Positions 46,760-51,401 of a stretch of 51,401 nucleotides of DNA are shown in pieces. Source of the stretch: Candidatus Binatia bacterium (GTDB taxonomy: Bacteria > Desulfobacterota > Binatia > UBA9968); contig JBBDNJ010000332.1 of the NCBI GenBank assembly GCA_040877705.1, forward strand, positions 1 to 51,401, in the 5' to 3' direction. The notes below the pieces were generated by a model. That model made no database searches. It was not told where the DNA came from and saw only the letters and a program-made list of their open reading frames with translations. The translations under genes were made by a program, and so were the position numbers. Position 1 is the first letter of the stretch, and each line of letters begins with the position of its first letter.

Positions 46760-47524
46760 ATGGCTTTAAACCATTCAATTCACGCGCTGATGGTTGGGAT
46801 GAGTGAAAACTGGTGGCGCGCGGGCATCATGCCTTGCCTGCGCAGCGATTTGGAACGCGACAAACCGGTTGCCTATATCATGTGGCTCGTCGAGGGACCC
46901 CAGGGACCCGTGGTCGTCGATACCGGATACCATCCCGATTATGTCGCACCGCAGTGGGCTCAAGGGAAGAATTTTATCGAGCCACCGACTCTGCTCTGGG
47001 ATTTAGGGGTCAAAGCGGATGACGTAAAGACCGTCATCGTCACGCATTTTCATCAAGACCATTTCACCGGCTTCGATTATTTTCCCAACGCCAGATTCGT
47101 CATGCAGCGTACCGAATTGGACTTCTGGACAGGACCGCTCATGCGCCATGAGATATTAGACAGGCAAATTCGCCCAAGAGTGCGCCCGGCGCTGGAAAGA
47201 CTAAGGCAGGAGGGGCGGATCGAACTGATCGACGGAGATTTCGAGCTTTACCCGGGGCTGGAGTTTATCAAGGCCGGGGGCCACACGCCGGGATCGCAGA
47301 TGGTGGCGCTCCAAACGGCAGCCGGCAAGGCCGTCCTTTGCGGCGACATAGCATATACTTACAAAAATATTCGCGATCATATCCCTGTCGGCTGGTACTA
47401 TCACCTGGGAGACACCGTCGTAGCGCTCGAGCGTGCTCTGTCTACCGCCGCGCGACCTGATCTCGCTTTTCCTAACCATGATACGGAAGTCATGCAAGGC
47501 AAGCGCGTGGCCCGCGTCATTTAA
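46760..47524 (+). CDS. metallo-beta-lactamase-fold hydrolase (N-acyl-homoserine-lactonase-like)
   Basis: VIVTHFHQDHFTG (HxHxDH), ...GGHTPGS...; ATG at 46760 after AAAGGAG. Confidence 0.75.
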   Translation: MALNHSIHALMVGMSENWWRAGIMPCLRSDLERDKPVAYIMWLVEGPQGPVVVDTGYHPDYVAPQWAQGKNFIEPPTLLWDLGVKADDVKTVIVTHFHQDHFTGFDYFPNARFVMQRTELDFWTGPLMRHEILDRQIRPRVRPALERLRQEGRIELIDGDFELYPGLEFIKAGGHTPGSQMVALQTAAGKAVLCGDIAYTYKNIRDHIPVGWYYHLGDTVVALERALSTAARPDLAFPNHDTEVMQGKRVARVI

Positions 47525-47675
47525 GGGCTCGGCGCCGCGCCTTGTTTGACGAGATACCAGCGCCTGAACATGCTTCGGCGATAAGATTGACAAGTCTCCG
47601 GAGATTGGACTAGAGAGGAACCGCAGCGGTCGCTACCAAACGATGCAGGAGATTTTGCAGGAGGAGATGAGAAAT

Positions 47676-47894
47676 ATGAACGCACTTAAGATCGTGGGAG
47701 TGGTTCTGATCGTGGCCGGTATTCTCGGGCTGGTGTATGGCAGTTTCAGTTTCACCAAAGAGACTCACGAAGCCAAGATCGGCCCACTCGAATTGTCGGT
47801 CAAAGATAAGGAGACGGTCAATGTTCCCGTTTGGGCTGGTGTGGGAGCGATAGTCGTTGGAGCAGTCCTTCTTATCGTACCCGGTAAGAGGTAG
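47676..47894 (+). CDS. small two-TM membrane protein
   Basis: MNALKIVGVVLIVAGILGLVYG...VWAGVGAIVVGAVLLIVPGKR; AGGAGG lies 11 nt upstream of the ATG at 47676. Confidence 0.55.
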   Translation: MNALKIVGVVLIVAGILGLVYGSFSFTKETHEAKIGPLELSVKDKETVNVPVWAGVGAIVVGAVLLIVPGKR

Positions 47895-47994
47895 TTTAGT
47901 TCGTTCAGCGTCGGACGAGTGAACGCCTTGGCGTGGTACGGATAGCTGCGTTCGACGGACGAAGACTGTGAAAGCGCTAAGAAGGAGGAGTATC

Positions 47995-48819
47995 ATGGCG
48001 CAGCACATTCACGGACCGCTTTACTACGAACGAATGGGACGCACCGGGCCGGTGATCGCCTTTATCCATCCCAACCCGATGGACCAGTCGTGCTGGATTT
48101 TTCAGATGGCGCACCTGTCAACCTGGTACCGGTGCATCGCCATCGACATCCCGGGATATGGCCGCTCGCCCAAGGCCGGCGCCGATCTGACAATGACCGA
48201 CATGGCCGATGGCTGTTGGGAAGCGATCGACGATGCGCTCCCCGGCGAGACCGCGATCCTGGTCGGCTGTTCGGTCGGATCGGCGCTCGTTCCCTACATG
48301 TACCACCAACGACCGGACAAGACGGCGGCAATCGTGCTGTCGGGCACCGGTTACAACCCCACCAAAGAATTTACCAAGCGGCGGATCGATAACTACACGG
48401 CCAATGGCATCGACTATCGCTGGGCCTACACGTTCGAGGATCTGAGCCCGGCGTTTCGCGCCACGCCGCTGGCGCATTTCTTCGCCAACCTCTTTACCGA
48501 ACGCAACGAGCAGGCCGATGTGCAGACGATCATCCACCAGTTCAAAGCACTCCAGCAGCCCTATCCGGATGGCCATCATGAGCGCATCGCCTGTCCGACA
48601 ATAATCCTGACCGGGAGCGAGGACAGCGCACATCAGAGCGCCTTCGCGCTTAAGGCGCATATCCCTAATTGCGAATTGAAGGTTTTGCCGGGAGCCGGCC
48701 ATGCTTGCCAGATGGAGCAGCCTTGGCTTTTTGATCGCTTTATGATCGAATTTCTCACCAAGTACGGCCTGTTCCCCGGAGCATCCAAGGCGGTGGCCAA
48801 GTCTGATCTGGGCATATGA
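47995..48819 (+). CDS. alpha/beta-fold hydrolase
   Basis: VIAFIHPNPMDQSCW, nucleophile elbow GCSVGS, C-terminal GAGHACQMEQP. RBS GAAGGAGG before the ATG at 47995. Confidence 0.8.
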   Translation: MAQHIHGPLYYERMGRTGPVIAFIHPNPMDQSCWIFQMAHLSTWYRCIAIDIPGYGRSPKAGADLTMTDMADGCWEAIDDALPGETAILVGCSVGSALVPYMYHQRPDKTAAIVLSGTGYNPTKEFTKRRIDNYTANGIDYRWAYTFEDLSPAFRATPLAHFFANLFTERNEQADVQTIIHQFKALQQPYPDGHHERIACPTIILTGSEDSAHQSAFALKAHIPNCELKVLPGAGHACQMEQPWLFDRFMIEFLTKYGLFPGASKAVAKSDLGI

Positions 48820-48839
48820 TTGTGTGATAAGGAGAAAGA

Positions 48840-49442
48840 ATGCGCGAGGTCCTAACAAATATCTTTACCTGGCCCTGGTTTTCCGAACCGCACGGTTACA
48901 ACTTTAATGGCCACTTCATTCGCCACTCTGACGGCAATCTGTGCATCGATCCTGTGACGCCGAGTGAAGAGGATCTGGCGGAGCTTGAGCGGCAAGGCGT
49001 CGCTTCTATTGTGATCACCAATCGCAACCACGGGCGTGCCGCCAATGCGATCCGCGCGCGCACCGGCGCGCGGGCGGCGATCCATGCAGCCGATGCGCCC
49101 CATGCGCGCACAGAGGGAACGGTGCTGGATGACGAATTGGAGTTGGGCGCTAGGGTCGGCCCATTCGTTGTGGTTGGCGCGCCGGGTAAATCACCGGGAG
49201 AAGTCGTCCTGCACTGGCCGGAACGGAAACTTTTGCTCGTCGGAGATGCGGTCGTGGGCCACCCTTCGGGGCGGTGCAAGCTTTTGCCGGACAAGGTTGT
49301 GGACGATCCCGCGCTCCTGCGCGAAAGCGTGCGTGGGCTACTCGCGCTCGATTTCGATACTCTTCTGGTTGGCGACGGAGATCCGATTATACGATCAGCC
49401 AAGGATCCGCTTCGGGAACTCGTGGCTGGTTTTTCTAAATGA
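48840..49442 (+). CDS. metallo-beta-lactamase-fold protein with atypical first motif
   Basis: 200 aa. IVITNRNHGRAA stands in place of HxHxDH, and GKSPGEVVL...VGDAV follows, as in a subfamily of small MBL-fold proteins. Confidence 0.65.
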   Translation: MREVLTNIFTWPWFSEPHGYNFNGHFIRHSDGNLCIDPVTPSEEDLAELERQGVASIVITNRNHGRAANAIRARTGARAAIHAADAPHARTEGTVLDDELELGARVGPFVVVGAPGKSPGEVVLHWPERKLLLVGDAVVGHPSGRCKLLPDKVVDDPALLRESVRGLLALDFDTLLVGDGDPIIRSAKDPLRELVAGFSK

Positions 49443-49608
49443 CCGTTTCCAAGTTAAGGTCACGAGTTGCTGGCAAAGGCATGCAACGCACTATCTAACA
49501 ACCAAAGACTTGATTCCTTCGGCATTCCCAGGCGTGGGTAACGACTACGGCGCGCGCCAGATAACCATTTCCATAGCTAAGTCCGACAATAAGTGAAATA
49601 GTGAAACC

Positions 49609-49953
49609 ATGGGAAACAGAATCTCTGATATTGGAAGCATGAAAAGCAATGTTGATGCGGGTAACAGGATAAAAACGTTCGGTACTAAAAAGACCGCCAG
49701 ATTAGCTACCCAAAAGAACCCTGCGGTTGTTAGCGTGCAATCCGAAGCCCGACTCAAAGAAGTGACATCGATATTTGAAGCGCATGGTTGGAAATGTCGG
49801 ATTGCATTGGAACCAGAAAAACCAGAGGACGTTAGCGATCTAACTCGATTATTGAATCCCCTAAAGCCAACGATAGCCGAGAAGAAAATCGGCCGTAATG
49901 AAACCTGCCCGTGTGGAAGCGGGAGGAAGTCTAAAAACTGCTGTGGTCATTAA
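49609..49953 (+). CDS. SEC-C metal-binding-motif protein
   Basis: The C-terminus [19 protein letters not shown] is the SEC-C zinc motif. Confidence 0.6.
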   Translation: MGNRISDIGSMKSNVDAGNRIKTFGTKKTARLATQKNPAVVSVQSEARLKEVTSIFEAHGWKCRIALEPEKPEDVSDLTRLLNPLKPTIAEKKIGRNETCPCGSGRKSKNCCGH

Positions 49954-50048
49954 CGAGGCGGTGTAGGCGCTTGAGGCGGCAACGATCGATAGGCGAATGC
50001 GTTGTTTTCCGCGCAGCCTATCAAAACCAGACATAAGGAGCGGCGAAC

Positions 50049-50171
50049 ATGAGTAAAGGCAAAGACAGTAAAACCCAGAACAAAAAGAAACCACTCAAAA
50101 CGTTGATGGAGAAAAGGGCCGCAAAAAGGGCCAAGAAAGAGAACAAAGGGGTTTCACTTGTTATCAAATGA
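50049..50171 (+). CDS. small lysine-rich protein (40 aa)
   Basis: MSKGKDSKTQNKKKPLKTLMEKRAAKRAKKENKGVSLVIK. Below the ORF-track size cutoff. Followed by a 12-bp hairpin. Confidence 0.35.
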   Translation: MSKGKDSKTQNKKKPLKTLMEKRAAKRAKKENKGVSLVIK

Positions 50172-50189
50172 GCCGGCCTCTGTGAGATG

Positions 50190-50220
50190 AGTGCAGGATA
50201 ACATCGGTTTATCCTGCACT
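50190..50220 (+). terminator. perfect 12-bp stem / 7-nt loop hairpin, possible terminator
   Basis: AGTGCAGGATAA-catcggt-TTATCCTGCACT, 19 nt after the small ORF stop. No U-tract follows, so intrinsic-terminator status is doubtful. Confidence 0.3.
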
Positions 50221-50593
50221 CCTTCGATCGAGTATCGTTGCAGCGGAGCCGCTGTGAGCTTACCGCATTGTTGCACCGCAAGATCTGATCCTCACAACTT
50301 TGGCGTCTAACACCACCCGGGCAGTCCAGAAGCCGCGAAGTTAGTCAACTTGGGCAAGTCTGACACCGGTCTTTCGCTTTAAAGGTCCGCCTTGCTGGAG
50401 GAACAGGCTGGGGGTACAGACCCTACGGGTCCTGGCGCTGGTTGACATAATTTCCCGTACTCGGGTACGCTCTATTCAACATGCGAGATAGTTGTCCCAT
50501 TTATCCCTCCGGCAGCCTCTTTGGTTTTCGAAGGGGCGGTGACACACAGCTGTTTCAAAAATTCTTGAGTTTTTTCTGGCTGCGAACCGGGCT

Positions 50594-51401
50594 ATGAAGA
50601 CTGACGATATACGGATCGTCAAAACCCGGCCACTGCTCTCGCCGGCCATCCTCGCCGAGGAGATCCCCCTCACCGACACCGCGTCAACAAGAGTATACGA
50701 GGCGCGCCGAGCGATCGAGGCGATTCTCGACGGCAAAGATGCGCGTCTCCTCGTGGTAGTCGGGCCTTGCTCCGTACACGACACCAAGGCCGCGCTCGAG
50801 TACGCAACCAAACTCAAGCCGATCGCGGACGCGCTATCCGATGCGCTTGTCGTTGTCATGCGCGTCTACTTTGAAAAGCCGCGAACGGTCGTGGGCTGGA
50901 AGGGACTCATCAACGATCCAGACCTGGATGAGTCCTACCACATTAACAAGGGCTTACGCCTGGCTCGGCAATTGCTCGCCGATGTTCTGGAGCTGGGGGT
51001 TCCCGCTGGGACCGAGTTTCTCGATACGACCTTTGGCCAGTTCTATACCGACCTCATCAGCTGGGGTGCGATCGGAGCTCGCACCGCGGAGAGCCAAATA
51101 CACCGAGAGCTGGCGTCGGGTTTGTCGATGCCGGTCGGCATCAAGAACCGCACAGACGGTAATGTCCAAGTGGCCGTGGACGCGATACAGGCCGCGCGCA
51201 GCCGACACCTGTTCCCGTCTCTCACCAAGGAAGGCGCACCGGCCATCCTGGAAACCACCGGCAATCCCTACGCGCATCTCGTGCTTCGTGGAGGTAGTGA
51301 GACCGGACCCAACTTCGATGCTGCCTCCATCGAAAGCGCGGTTCGACTGCTTCGCGCCGCCGAGCTTCCCGAGGCCCTCATGGTGGACTGCAGCCACGGC
51401 A
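50594..51401 (+). CDS. aroG: 3-deoxy-7-phosphoheptulonate (DAHP) synthase, class I (partial, runs off right edge)
   Basis: My own translation from the ATG at 50594: MKTDDIRIVKTRPLLSPAILAEE...LLVVVGPCSVHD...VMRVYFEKPRTVVGWKGLINDP...WGAIGARTAESQIHRELASGLSMPVGIKNRTDG...MVDCSHG. It is collinear with E. coli AroG. Absent from the ORF track because it has no stop in the window. Confidence 0.9.
   Translation, partial: MKTDDIRIVKTRPLLSPAILAEEIPLTDTASTRVYEARRAIEAILDGKDARLLVVVGPCSVHDTKAALEYATKLKPIADALSDALVVVMRVYFEKPRTVVGWKGLINDPDLDESYHINKGLRLARQLLADVLELGVPAGTEFLDTTFGQFYTDLISWGAIGARTAESQIHRELASGLSMPVGIKNRTDGNVQVAVDAIQAARSRHLFPSLTKEGAPAILETTGNPYAHLVLRGGSETGPNFDAASIESAVRLLRAAELPEALMVDCSHG

Overview
GC-rich bacterial chromosomal window with three parts. 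(1) 996-17755, all on the minus strand: a 17-gene cobamide uptake, salvage and remodelling cluster (tonB, btuB, DUF4430, BtuF-like, pduO-type adenosyltransferase, cobQ, cbiA, cbiZ, bluB, cbiB, cobD, cobU, cobT, cobS, btuF, btuC, btuD). It carries two cobalamin riboswitches, one before tonB and one before btuB, and a DUF433/DUF5615 toxin-antitoxin-like pair sits at the left edge. (2) About 17.8-26.6 kb: a visibly more AT-rich accessory patch. It holds a truncated type III mod methylase fragment, an intact MNT antitoxin with a truncated HepT toxin, and a two-gene operon that I consider the best candidate for an undescribed defence system. The first gene (19511-21598) fuses a zinc ribbon, two degenerate RuvB-like AAA+ modules and an Mrr-type nuclease domain. 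The second (18717-19499) is a PD-(D/E)xK-like protein. The patch also holds a 956-bp element with perfect 21-bp terminal inverted repeats and a 6-bp flanking direct repeat that carries a non-transposase membrane protein. Further contents are a 20-nt hairpin-associated motif present three times, a fragment of an AEC-family transporter next to an intact paralogue, several orphan ORFs and a divergent second CobS paralogue. (3) 26.8-51.4 kb: housekeeping genes (gyrB, gyrA, gpsA, rpmH, rnpA, yidD, yidC, jag, ispG, proS, pyrF, thiD, a phosphohexomutase, a split sulfopyruvate-decarboxylase-like TPP enzyme, a block of hydrolases, and the 5' part of a class I DAHP synthase running off the right edge). 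I found no rRNA, tRNA or CRISPR array. All family calls come from reading the translated ORFs for motifs; no database search was run.
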